From Bispira polyomma (taxonomy: Eukaryota): a stretch of 64,000 bases of DNA. Positions 33,981 to 47,520 of the stretch are shown piece by piece. The position numbers and the translations under genes are program-made. Each line of letters starts with the position of its first letter. Position 1 is the stretch's first letter. The DNA lies in contig OZ287758.1 of the NCBI GenBank assembly GCA_965649765.1, forward strand, positions 34,410,001 to 34,474,000, in the 5' to 3' direction. A model generated the notes under the pieces. The model ran no database searches. It saw nothing but the letters and a program-made list of their open reading frames with translations, and was not told the DNA's origin.

Positions 33981-34950
33981 GTCTGGATGGGTGGGTTGCA
34001 AAGGTAGCAGCCCAGGCAGCTCTTAGAACACAGCAAGCGTTTCGGCCTTCAACCAAAAAGTCCTACACAGTAATGTTTAGGGTCTTTCTTGCTTTTTGTT
34101 GCTTTGCAAATTTGGCTATGACGGCCATAACCACCCCGATACTCTTAGCCTTTTTGGAATGTTTAGTAGCAAACAACACAACCCACACTTCCATAGCAAA
34201 TTACCTTTCAGCAATAAAAGCAAATATGTCATTATATGGACTAGATATCTCAGCATTCAATGATCAGAGAGTCAAATACTTTCAAAAAGCTCTAGTGCTG
34301 CAAAAACCCTTCAGGGCTAAGATAAATGCAATAATTGACATTGATTTACTTGCGAAAATTAGCTTAGTCTGTGACTCCATGTATATGGGCCAAGTTTACA
34401 AGGCAGCATATCTGCTGGCCTTCTTATTTTTATATCAAACTTAGTTCCCCGTTCAGCTTCAGCATTTTCACCACTGCATCAGTTAGCCAGGGCTGACATA
34501 TTATTCGCCCCTCCTGGTGCTCATATCATAATTAAATGGACGAAAACACTACAGACAAGGGACAATGTAAAAGTTATTAAGATTCCAGTCCTCTCAAATT
34601 CACAGGTCTGCCCGGTGCAGGCCCTCCAAGTGCTTTTAGCAATCACACCTGGTTCCAAAAATAAACCTCTCTTTCAAATAAAGATAAATTCCAACTGGTG
34701 TCCGTTAACAGACACTAGAATTCGTAGAAATCTCAAAGCAATATTAGGTAGACTAGGATTGGAAGGTTCAAGTATCACATTCCATTCATTTAGACGATCC
34801 GGGGCCACCTTGGCCTTTAATTCACATGTGCCCATACAAGCAATCCAGAGCCAAGGCATCTGGTCATCAGACTGCATATGGCGATATATAACGCAAAATC
34901 ACGAAGCCTCGGACCAGGTTGCTCTTGCTTTCCAAGCACGTTTCTCTCCT
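33981..34950 (+). pseudogene. Tyrosine recombinase of the YR retrotransposon
   Basis: AFRPST...Y, SIANYLSAIK, KWTKT, CPV, HSFRRSGAT, IQSQGIWSSDCIWRY. Confidence 0.88.
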
Positions 34951-35437
34951 TCTACTACCCCCTATTTGGGCCTTGGTGCTCTTTCACTAGAATATATTTA
35001 CAGCATATTTTATACATCTATTCAAATTCTAAGGCCACCTTAAAATCAAATAACTTAATTTATGGTAACCTTAACTTCTGGTAAACTTAAATCAACTGAA
35101 TCTCAAAATCTAAGGTTACCTTATCTTCACTTTACTAAAAAACTGTTTTGTTTAAGGTTAACTTAATGTCAGTTTTCGTAAACTTAACTTAATTTATGGT
35201 AAACTTAAACTCTAAAGGTGGCCTTAAATTTTTAAAATTTTACAATCATTAATGTTTTATACAATCTGTACATAGCTTAGATTAGAAATTAAAATTCATA
35301 TCCCAACTGCTGGCTTTTCATTGCATAAAATCTTAGTAAACCTAATGTAAACCTAATACATAAATATCTTAAATCAACAATCAATTGGGTACGAGGCACT
35401 GAGTGAATTGTCACATATTTTTGTGTTCGTACAGCCA

Positions 35438-35880
35438 GCTTCTCGTAGGATGAGCATTGTTTTTATTCCTGTTTCTCTTAGTTTGGATATTGCTTGTGAT
35501 TGTAGGTTTCTCATATCATTCATGGTTGGGTCTTGTATGTCTAGGAGGTTGTTGTATATTTCTTTTACACTACTTGTTTTAAGGTTCATGTTAGATTGTA
35601 TATATTTCCTGATTTCTTTAATTTTGACGTTTTCTACTTGTCTATAACTTTGATTTCTTTGTGGTATTTTGTTGTTTAGGTTTGGGTATGGGCCAATTCT
35701 AGATCTTAGGATTATACTGTGGTGGGTGTTTGGGTTTGTTATTATTTCGGATACTTTTTGCCGATACAGGGCTTTTTGTCGAATGATATTATGTAATGAG
35801 ATTCCTCCAAATTTTTTGGGTCTTTCAAGTGTTGTTCTTTTGATAGTTTCTAAGGAAAAACAATGCTTGCGCATGTGCAA
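35438..35880 (-). mobile_element. L1-clade ORF2 post-RT fragment
   Basis: L.RPKKFGGISL.N and SVKEIYNNL motifs typical of the region between RT and the zinc finger. Confidence 0.55.
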
Positions 35881-37639
35881 CCGTCTGGTTAAAAATGTCT
35901 GTTTGTCGAGTTATTGATGAGGTGTATCACTTACGTAGCCTAAATTTCATCTTCCCAATATCGTTTTGATTGAATTTGTATAACTTCTAGTAAATCTGTA
36001 TTAAAACTGTTGCCAAATGTGGGCCAATTTGGCAGCTACACTTCAATATTGAAATGCCTGACCATGCAATCGAATGACGCTATGGAATGTGTCATGAATG
36101 GAGATATTTTGACCTTCTTTGACAATAACCGTGATTGGGAAAAATTACAATGTGCATTTAAATCAACCCAATATAGCAAGCATCATCATCACTGTTCTGC
36201 ACAAACCCAGTAATTGTAAGGAGAATCTTCAAACGCAATCTGATTTAAGCCCAGTTAAATGAGAGGATATACCCTACACAAAAGTTCCCAATCAACACAA
36301 AACATAAGCAACTATGAAAAAGTCTCAAATTGATAGATTCCAAAAGTTTAAGCATTTTTACATTGGCAATGTATTAAAAAGTGTCTTAATAGAATAAAAC
36401 TGTCATCTTCCTCCTACCAATGAACAACTACATAAGTATGACATATTTCAAAGTTGCCATCCCACTCCCTGCAAGAAATCTCAAATTGGTAAACCAATAT
36501 TAAGCAATCCCAATAGTTATGAACGTGTTAATATTATAAGTGCCATTACTTCTGCTGTTCTTAACAATTCACCCAAAACATGGACTGTCATAGGCTGTGA
36601 TGGGCCATCTTTCTTAATGTGCAAAAAACTCCAAAGACATAATCATCAGTGCAAATTGTGAAATCAAACATTTTACTCCCAAGATACTTTCAGTCATTTC
36701 AAGTCATGCCATTCCGAATCCAATTTCAATATCAACGAACACAAACTATTTCCTAATCCCCTGATTGTTGCAGGGTAAGACCATTATGAAATGAACACGG
36801 TGAAATGCATATTTAAATTAACATATAATGTTTTCTTGAAAGAAACAGCTCAGATTTTGGGCTTCAAAACTGAAAAAGCACTTCAGTATTGCACAAATGC
36901 TAGTGACCACCACAAGGTATGGCAAATCATCCAAATTACGCTTGAGAGTTTTTCTAAATACATGGTCCGCCCCTTTGTAGTGGAAGCTTTAGCAAACAAT
37001 GAAAATGTATCAACATCCAATTTCTTCACATGGTTAAACAAAGTCAAAAGTTAAAATTGCGTATTAATGCAAGAACTAGTGTGGTCTTATGTTTTGGCTT
37101 TAAATGTAGATGTATGAGAAGAAATTATTACCATGCAGTCCAATCATCTTTATCAAAATTTACACCATTATTTTATGGCACACACATGACTAAATCCATG
37201 GAAATCCATTACCATTACAACAGTAAAGTAAATTAAAATTAAGGTGTATAAACACTGTGACGTTATGCTACACCTAAAAACTTTATTACAATGTAATAAA
37301 TAATATATAAAACAAAACAAAATAACTAGACATACAAATGAAAGACAAAACAATGACTAGAATATAAAAACAAAAAAACAACAAAATGACTAGACATACA
37401 GATATATATATATATATATATATAAAAATACAAAACGATGAATAGAATATAAAGTATGTAATAAATAATATAAAGAACATCATTATAACAAATAAAAAAA
37501 AAAGCAATACTAACAAATAAACTACAAAACAATGACTACAAATACTAAAAACATTAAAAACCCACCCTGATGTATTTTGGCAGAACTCAGCACACAAAAG
37601 TCAATATGAAAGTCCAAGTACGTTTTCTTTCGCCCTCTC

Positions 37640-38620
37640 TAAAAATCATTATTCAGTCCAATTTTACAACACCCTCAGATTGCAAACCTTCGAATATTTG
37701 ATCATCTGCACATTCTTTGATATCTGGACATCTTATCAGTTCTTTCTTTCTATTCAAAGTATTGTGAGCGGTTACACGGATTGGTATTGAGTAGTCTATT
37801 GTTAAGTCCAATTTTGTTGTTTTCAAAAGTTTGTCACTTTGCTTTTCTTTATCTACCTCAACTAGAATATTTCCTGATCTTAGTTTCTTGATGTTGACAG
37901 GCTCAGTGCCTAAAACAGATAAAATTGCCTTATTAATCGCAAAAGGTGACAGCTTCAGGCGGGAATTATCTGTATCAGAACCTTACAAGAGTAATAACTG
38001 AGGCCAAGAACAAGCAGTGCCAGTTTCCAAAGTCATAATTCCTGGGTCATTCGTGGGTCTAGTCCTTTTCCTACCATATGTTTGATTTTGTGATGCCATG
38101 GTTAAATTATGTAATAATCACTGCAAATGCTCTCCACCCACCCTTCCGAGCCCAACAACGGGATACCCAATTGTGTGGGGCTAAGCCCAGCACACAGGTA
38201 CCAGAGATACATTAGCAGTATACTCAAAGCATACTAAAAGTGAACCTCAATTGACCTGTTAAGCAGCCGCTTTCTAAATACTCCAAACAAAAGCACAAAC
38301 CAGACGCCAACTAACAAGAACAACAGTATAAACCTTTACATTTAACAAATCATTACTAATTTGGAGCACTAGGGCTCGGCACTACCAGCCGATTGATTAA
38401 GACGAGCCATCTTAACCTTCCAACTGAGTGAAATTGAGGCCAAAGCTGTGTATTGCCTCCTCAATGACGCAACAAAGTAATGCCTCAACAGCCAGGACCC
38501 TCTCTTTCACTAACATGGATCTCAACCTACGGCAAACAGGTTGCCCCAATTAGTTGCCTCTTACGACATGCTGGAGGATACGTTGGGCCTATTCTACTTC
38601 CCCGGACCCACAGGGGAAAA
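37640..38620 (-). mobile_element. 5' fragment of an I/Nimb-like LINE (5' UTR plus start of ORF1)
   Basis: LKLSPFAINKAI...IKKLRSGNILVEV...VTAHNTLN.K..IRCPD resembles the I/Nimb ORF1 N-terminus. Confidence 0.7.
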
Positions 38621-40564
38621 TGTTGAGGTCACCAAGAACAATTGAGTTTGTATTGTCTGTTTGTATACTGTTTACCACAAAACTCAATCAAGAAATTGGA
38701 AAGAGTTCAAAATATAGCTGCCAAATCAGTACTTAACGGGACAAAATATGAAAGCTCGACTGAATCCAGAAAGCTACTTCACTGACTACCGATTGCTGCA
38801 AGGATTGAATTCAAAATTATGGTGCTTGTGTACAAATGCCTGCAAGGAAATGCTCCAGAATATTTCCAGATCCTGCTGACTCAAAAACCAGTGTTCAGAG
38901 AAGGACTCAGATCCTCGACAATCTTCATGTACCTACCCCCATTATTATAAAACCATAGAAAAGGGTGCTCTCTCTAATGTCCATGCACAGAACCTTACGT
39001 GGCTGCATTGCACAAATTGTAATTGTATTCAATAGCAATTGTAAACAATCTCAGGCTTAAGTGACTGGACAGTAAGAACAGGTATTTGGCTTGCATAAAC
39101 ATTGCACTAAACATGTATCCATTAAAAAATTTAGACATAAATGTTAAGCTTAAGACAAAGACTGTTTGTCAATATGGTCCCTGCTTTGTTAGTTGCACAC
39201 ACATTTAAAATGTTACTATAATTGGTAGTCCAATTATTTGAAGTGGCAGTCCATTAGAACATGTGACTAATTAAATCTTATCTGTCGAGATTTGTACATA
39301 TACAAAGTAGTATATGTTAGATCAACATAGTGTGTGTAACTGTTTTTCACATTTCTGTGTGTAAATGATACACCAATAGTTTCACTTAGGGAAAATACAA
39401 TTAATTTTAGTTATAAATAATAAGTTGACAGTTTCCTACCAAGGAATACGTTTTATTCACAATACGTAAATACATAAAAGCTACTTTTCATAAAACTTAT
39501 TGGCATATCATATTGCCCCATAATTGCTTGGATACAGACATCGGGCTGATGTAAGTCTCATTATAATTGCTGCAGCTTTGATGGTTATTCCCCGGTGCAC
39601 TTCATTATTGCCTTCTATATGTTGCTTTGTTGTTATGGGATTTGCAAAAGGCCTCATAAACACAGGTATAACTGCCTCATATTCTTTATATTGATTTGAC
39701 TTTGCTTCCTATGAGTGCAGGCTAAGTTGCTTATGTTTGTGTCTTCACCTTACCAACACAATTTGTTTTTCACTTAAGATGTATATATTTATTAGATTAT
39801 AGCTGATAAGCTGTCATTAAATGTCCACAAAACTAATTTTATTTTATTTAAGAACAGGCGTACCAAACTAATGAGCGAAATTAACTTATGCATAGACAAT
39901 ACAACAATACAACATTTATCATGGATTAATCATTTTAATGAGGTCCAAAACAAAATATCTAAAAATATTGATGTGATTTCTAGAGTACATAATACTCTTA
40001 TCACTGAGGAATTATATATCCTGTATTGCTTCTTAATGTTACCTGTCTAAATTACGGTAGTGTACTCTTAGGAAATAACTAGTTGCTAAAAAACATAATG
40101 TGAATTACTGCCTCTTTTTAAAAGTTTGAAAATATTAAGATTTACCAATTTAGTGTATGTGAACACTACAAATATGTACCAAATGTACAAAATAATAATA
40201 AATTAGTCCCAGAGATAATCTTATTAATGTTTAACCATTTCTGTCATGTTCACCATTATCAGACTAGACAATATGATAATTTTTATGTACCAAGAAATAA
40301 AACTGATGTCAAAAAATTCTCATTCAAAATTGTGGGATCCAAAATATGAAACTCTCTAAAAAATTATCTAAACTTATGCAGGACATTCAATACTTTTAAA
40401 TATAGATTAAAGAATTATATTATCACAAACCATTGAAGCATCATACAATTAAAAAAGATCTGAAGAAGTAGTGATATCAGAACTTTCATGTTTAACCTAT
40501 TTTGTTGTCAATATGTACATATCTTTCTTGTACACATGTGTAATTATTTATGTTTTTGTGTTTA

Positions 40565-40810
40565 TTTGAATTTGAAATGGGATATTTAACGTCCACTCTA
40601 ATACCTATTTAAGTAATATTGGAACGGGTAGTTGGAAACGCTAGAGGAAACACTGCATACAGTTGATCAAGGTTCTGCACTGAAACCAGTGGCCCACAGT
40701 AAGGAACTACCACATAGGCATCGACGGGATTCGAACTCACGCCACCCAGAGGTGAGAGACCAGTGATTGTGAAGCGCAATGCTTGCTAACCACTAGGCCA
40801 CCGCGGCCCC
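40565..40810 (-). mobile_element. tRNA-derived SINE, copy 2
   Basis: Near-identical to 1387-1637. Confidence 0.9.
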
Positions 40811-41379
40811 CCACTTCTATTCAATAGAATAGAATTTGTTGTGAAAACAGTGAAAGTATTTTACATATTTTTCAGTGTTCTGTTGTTAAAGAATTGTGGA
40901 AAAATATCAAATCTTGGATGGAATTAAAAATAGATGTGAATCTAGAATTGAATCAGGTCACACTTATATTGGGATACTGGTATTGAGATGAAATATATTG
41001 GCCTTTAAATTTTGTTTTAATAATTACAAGGCGATACACATTTACATTTGCCAACAATAACCACAATTTGAATAAATATCGATTACAAAGATAATAAAGG
41101 CTATCTAGAAGAAGAATATGTATCTAAAACAAACAACTCATTTGATTTTTTTTTTCAGAAAGAAATGGTCAATTTGGAAAAATATATTTTTAGACATCTA
41201 AATCATAATGGACAGAAAAGATGTAACAAAAAACCTATTAAAATGTACAATATTGTATTTTGTAAAGTCAAAGTATATTCCCCATGGTGTTAGACTATAT
41301 ATGAAAGATTTATGTTGTTGTTATTGGGATTTATGTAGATTACGAGTAGCTTAGTATTGATTTCTTTTTTAAAAATGTT

Positions 41380-44300
41380 CAAGAGAAACTTATAACTTAT
41401 AAATGTAACATTGCATGTCATTTTTACAGTACTGTAGCTTCATCAATATTGTCATGATACCCCGTGACACAGAGGACACTATGGTTTCCCTTGTCCAAGT
41501 CCCACCACGTATCATTACTGAAGGATTCATTATGATTTTGGACGTGTAAATATCCCTGACACATACCTGTATTACTCGCATTATATACACGTGTGCATAT
41601 ACCGAGTGCCTTTTCCTGTCTTCATATACGCGTTCACTATAATTAAAATACACTACGTGATTATTATAATATTTAGTGAGACAGAGGACATTATGGTGTT
41701 CTTCGTCCAACCCCCCATTGATAACCTGGTTCATTGAAGTTTCGTACGTGTGAGCCATTATGATTTAGTGGTGACTTTCATTATTATAAAATCTTTTGGA
41801 GCACATTATGATTTACTCTGACGTGTTCTGACCAAATACTGTTTGCTAATAATGCATTGGCATTATCAAGACAACCGACTTCAGAAGTAACCATTTGTTC
41901 ATCTGACATATTATAAGTACAAAAACACTCATCAAGGCTATCATATGAACATACGATACCTGACTTGTGGTTCCAGTATTGGTAACGATTAAGCGTTATA
42001 AACCGTATGCTTAAAATCCACTTCATTGTTTTTTAAAAGCGTGACAGCTGTGTTTTGTTTTGTCTTTATATACAATACTACTTTTGGGGGTAGCCACATG
42101 CTTTGGGATTCTATTAGTGTAACACTCGTGCCACATTTTAAGTCCCCCTTCAACAGAATGGGCAGCTGAACAGATACCATTGTTAGTAGAAGCGTTTATC
42201 AAATGATGATCCTAATATAGGCATATTTTGGACTTTGAATCTTTAGAACTCAACCAGTTTCCAACATATTTTTAATGTTAGTGGCTCCACTAATGGGTAT
42301 GGCATTTATTTATCATTCCACCAAATATTATGCCCATGATATGTATAGAAATATTTCATATATAATTTTTTCCTTCTGTCATTGGACTAAACCCAGAGAT
42401 CAAACTATGATCCTATTTGTGGCCAAGTAACAGTATATACACTGCTTGCATTTTTATACATTATGCCAAATATGGGCATTTTGTTTTACACTTGCAGAAG
42501 CAGGAGTCCTGGTTTTGGACAAACAATATTGGCAATTCAGTATTATAGAGAATATTATATGTTCATCAAGATGAGGTAATAAAGGCAAAAATGGACAAAA
42601 GTATGTGTATTCTAAAGAATTCTACTACATGTTATATTTAAACATAGCAAATTGCATTTAATGGCCGATTCATTTTGTCATTGTATATGTAAATGTCAGA
42701 GCCCAAATTACAATTTGGCCAATCTTAAGATGGACTACAGCCCAACTTAGGATCATATGTTTTACAGCCTATCTAATCTATCCTATAAAAGTGTACAAAG
42801 AAAAGCATAAACTAAAAGTGATGATAACTCATATAAAACAATTACCTTTTTTGATTAAGTACAATCAGGAACTGGTCAACACTTAATCTAGAAAGGCTCA
42901 TCACTTATTTGAAATAGTTTATTTTTCATCCATGGTTTTAAATGAGTATCTCTGCTTATATCTTATTTCTTAAGCTATTCAATAATCCCTGTACCGGGTA
43001 AACTTTGCCCCATTGATAACTGGTGATGTTTTTCAGCTGTCCAGTTTTCCTATATGATCTCTGTGGTCTAAAGAAGGTACTTTAGAAGTAACCAACTTGA
43101 ATTATAGGACACTGCAGATTTTAATTTATATAAACAGCACGAAGTCATAACTAAAATAAGCAATAATAATTCCATTTCTTTATTGGACTTCCCCCAATGC
43201 AGTACAAAAGCAATGTAAATTCAATTTACACCTACATGTATGTGTACATGGATTAAAAACTGTTTTAATCACACAATTCAAATTTGGCTGCCTATTATTA
43301 CTATCAGGAAGGAAGAAAATGGTTACTGACACTAAATCCAGTTAAACGAGTTAATCACACATCTAGTCTTCACAAACAAATTAATTAATCCATGGCTTCC
43401 CATTACTTGGTATCAAATTAATCTATGCAAAAGGCATATTGAAAGGAAAGGTGTATTGTGATCTTACAACAATTTAGGGCAATATTGAAAAAAATTACAC
43501 TCCAACAAAAGATGCATTATAAATGTAAGTTTATCAGTAAAACAAGTAATAACTGGAACATTCAATAATAAGCTTCAAACCTGTGATTACATTCAAACAA
43601 TTAACAATAATTCATCATCATGTGAATTAATTATTATACAATTCAAACATTTAAAATGTCTAGTTTTCAATTTTAATCCAATCTCAAGTTTAGCTAGTTT
43701 TCCCTACCAATCTAAGATGGGATAGCTCATCTTAAGATAGGCTGCCAAACTTATAAGTTGGGCTATAGCCCGTCTTAAGATTGGCCAATTGTAAGTTTGG
43801 CTCTGACTTTTACATAATACTCTGACAAAAATGAATAGTAGAATTCTTTAGAATACACATGTTTTGTCCATTTTTGCCTTTCTTTCCTCATCTAGATGTA
43901 CATATAATATTTCTTTTAATACTGAATTTACAATATTGTTTCTGCAAACCAGTACTCTTGTTTACACAAGTGTTAAACAAAATGTCCATATTTGGCATAG
44001 TGCAAAAAATGCAAGCAGTGTACCAATAAAGAGTTCACACTGTCACTTGGCCACAAATAGGATCACAGTTCGATCGCTGGGTTCAAGCCAATGACAGAAG
44101 GAAAATATTAAAAATAAATATTTCTATAATTATTTTGGGCATAATATTTGGTGGAATGATAAATAAATGCCATACCTATTAGTTAAGCCACTAACATTAA
44201 AAATATGTTGGAAACTGGTTGCGTTCTAAGTCCAAAATATGCCTAAATTAGGATCATCATTTGATAAACGCTTCTATTAGGCTACGTGGAGAACTGGCTG

Positions 44301-46647
44301 GAATCAAGTGGAAAAATAAACTTCCCCTCCATGAATATTGTTGCAAGATCTAGAGTTATTCTGCCAGTATAGGCATGTATGACGTGTGTCAGTATTTTCC
44401 AACATCATACCCACTCCATTTTCAGGGCCCTCTTTATTTTTCTCCATGCCACCCACATTACACCAACTATCCTTGAACTGGCCAGCATTAAAAGATCTAT
44501 ATTGATTAGCCCTACTATTCATAACCTGAGAATAAATGTTAACCCGTCCCACGATCAGTTCCACATGTGATTTCTCACTCGTCATAATAGTGTTTGGTAC
44601 TCTTCAGTAATATTGATTACATTATCTGCACCTTGAGACAGCTGATCACTAATCACGTGTTCAGATTTGTTTTGTATATTTAGACTACAAGGTACACAAG
44701 CAATATGAATTTGACTGCCCGCACCTTTACTCAGCTGATCATTATTCATGTAACCAGACCTTTTTTGTACATTGAAACACTCTTTGGGTTTAATATCATT
44801 ATTTACACGTTTGTATGATATTTGACTTGCCACAAAACGTCCTACGTGAGGCTTATGTACTAGTTTACATTTCCTTATAGGGGAAAAGACATCCCCGTTA
44901 CTATTTTCACTCCAACTATACTCAATCACTGTATTATTTACATTTTTATTTACTAAACTCGTGACTATATTATCAACAACACTACTGTTAGCCTCAACAT
45001 AACTACCATGATTTTATTTTCCAGGAATAAATGTTACTGCTAAGGGGTTCAATGTAAACCTGTGTAAACCGTATACTTTAGAATTGTAGCTGCTGTTCAA
45101 AGTAACTCTACCTTTCGCAGTCCTTGGTAGTATGGGTGTAAATCTGCTAGACCCTCTGTTCCTTAGTCTTCTGACTGTTACTATCACCCTTGAAATTGCC
45201 ACTGCCTGAACTTTTCTGTCTCGTACATTTAGTGAGGATACGTTTTCTGTGTTTCTTATAAACACTATGAACAACGTTTGTATAAAATACCATTGTGGGT
45301 GTGATCCCCTTCTTGCCTACAATGGCCCCTATAGTAATGCATACACGTCTGAGTACTCGAAGTTGTACTTGGCCTTGGGGTTTGGACAATTCTCTGGGTA
45401 TTTCGGTTTTTAACAGCTGCATGAGCTCTTCTTGTCGTGTTAACCGATAGTTTAATAGCATCTTGCATTAACAGGGTATAATAATGTAACATTATATCCC
45501 TAACCTTATTTTCTTTTTTCCTCAATCATGCAGTACAAAATGCCCTGAAACCACTGCTCACTGCTCATCTCATCATAGGTGGGCTGCTTGCCCCCGTAGT
45601 AGACTAATCTTGGGACCAACCGACCAGATTTTATATTTGAATTAGTTTTACCTTTTTCCTCCAGCAACCTGGAAGTATTCTCACACTCATGTATGTGTTT
45701 TTGGACTTTAGCCTGGACACTGGAGTTGACAGGCAGGGCCTCGAACGAGGGAAGCTTGGCAGGAACTTCTGGTTTAGTCTTGGCCATAGCCTGTGACGCA
45801 CACCTTCTGCAGCTTTGGGCGAACTCTCAGCTGAGGACACTAGTGAAAGTTCATTCATACTGACACGTTCCTCTTGTTTGCGCAGTCTCTCCTCTTGGCT
45901 TTGTAACTGTCCACCGATAGCTTTTACTACTTGCAAAAGTTCGTCGAATTTGTAATAACCAGAAGTCTCTTGCCGTGTTCCTCCCGCCTCAGCCCCTACG
46001 TCCTCATCACCATCCACATTAGCAGTAGCCATACTACTTTCAGGAACTATTTTACTGTTTTACTTTTGTCCTTTGCACTATTTTTAGTCTGTGTTTTAGG
46101 CTGCATTCTACCATATGAAATCACACACCGGCGGAATATCTGCTGGCTTGACTTTGAGAATTTGTTCTTTAATTTTAAAAAGATTTTTTACAAGTTTTAA
46201 ATCTTGTGCCAAGCTGGCAGTATCCAGCCAGCAATTTGTTCCCACACCCTCAGTTTCTACTTCACAAGCCCAAAGCGTCAGCATGTTTGGCTTTTATAAT
46301 TAAATTATTTGGCGGGAGAAGCTAGGTTAATAGAAATTGGGAGTAAATTCTATTCAAAACCCAGACTTTATAACTTCTTCAAATTTATGCAAACAAGTTG
46401 AGTGGTATGCAGTATCCACTCTGCCAAACTATTTTTAGGTTGCATAGGACACACTTTATGCAGTATTTACTGTTAACCTTTATAGGCCGAGCACTCTTAA
46501 ACGTCCACATAGGCCAGACTTCGTTGATTGTGTTATACGTTTCTTCCTCTGGAACTGAACAGTTGTGCTATAGCATACGCAGCACCCTGAACAAGAGAAA
46601 CTTCTGACAAATGTAACATTGCACGTCATTTTTACAGTACCGTAGCA
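41380..46647 (-). mobile_element. Second, highly degenerate YR-retrotransposon remnant
   Basis: gag-like pieces at 45147-46032 (IKSGR, PTYDEMSSEQWFQG, CMHYYRGHC..DH) homologous to 30628-31485; direct repeat of about 58 bp at 41380-41438 and 46592-46647. Confidence 0.55.
42187..44276. mobile_element. Foldback non-autonomous DNA transposon with TIRs of about 570 bp (Academ-like?)
   Basis: 42187 to about 42750 is the reverse complement of about 43730 to 44276; TAGAAGCG termini; 4-bp TSD TTAG. Confidence 0.8.
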
Positions 46648-47279
46648 ACAGTATTATTTATACCACATTTTTGCATACCACTGCACCTGTGTTGTATTCT
46701 AATAAAGAAAGTAAATGTTTGAAATAAGAAAAACAAATACCACAAAACAGCTACTGAAACTACAATTAGTCTGTGTTACTCTCATTATTCATCCTAATAT
46801 CAAATTATACAATTGTGTTCTGTGTTGTTTAACAAACATTTGCGTCATATTTAGTTTCATTTAAGTTTTGCCAGGAATATTTTTACCAAGAAGTCAGTAA
46901 ATAGTGCAAATTAATTTCCTGTTTTAATTTAATTTTGTGTTAACATTTGAAGAACAAAAAAAAGCTAATATTATTTTGAAAACAAAATCTGGGGAATTAT
47001 TTAGAAATCTATAAAATATAGAAATGTAATTCCCATCTAAAATTTCTACTTTTAATTCCCACCCTATTTGCTTATATCTATTTAATTTCCCTTTGTATTC
47101 CTTCCAGTGTTAGTAACCAAATTGCCATTTTTAGTCAAACTTCTGCCAAGGCCTTGTTTGTGTATAAATGATATAACTGGATGCATAATAGCTGTGTCTT
47201 TATGTGTGAGCAATTGTTTGTGTTGATCATTTGTACAATAAATAACAAAAGCACAACTTGTCCCTTGTAATACTTTTAA

Positions 47280-47520
47280 AGCTAGAGCAGTGCTAAAGCA
47301 AGTGGTTAAGCAATTAGGTTTTGATGCAAAAGCATATGGGTTTCATGCCTTTAGGCGTAGTGGAGCAGTACTAGCATTTGATAACAAAGTCCACTTAGAT
47401 AGCATAAAAATCCATGGAAACTGGTTTAGTGAAGCAATCTGGAGATACCTAAAAAAACCTTTAAATCATCAACCTTTTAAAATAATAAAAACTACTCCTA
47501 CAACTTTTTGGGGTTTGGCA
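47280..47520 (+). pseudogene. Tyrosine recombinase C-terminal fragment
   Basis: FHAFRRSGA...IKIHGNWFSEAIWRY, homologous to 34780-34890. Confidence 0.75.

Larger units (their letters stand above)
29963..35432 (+). mobile_element. Tyrosine-recombinase retrotransposon (DIRS order, Ngaro/PAT-like), degenerate
   Basis: gag-like ORF, then RT, RNase H and YR in order, no methyltransferase; flanked by AGCCA direct repeat (29958, 35433) within an L1-like remnant; boundaries tentative. Confidence 0.85.
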
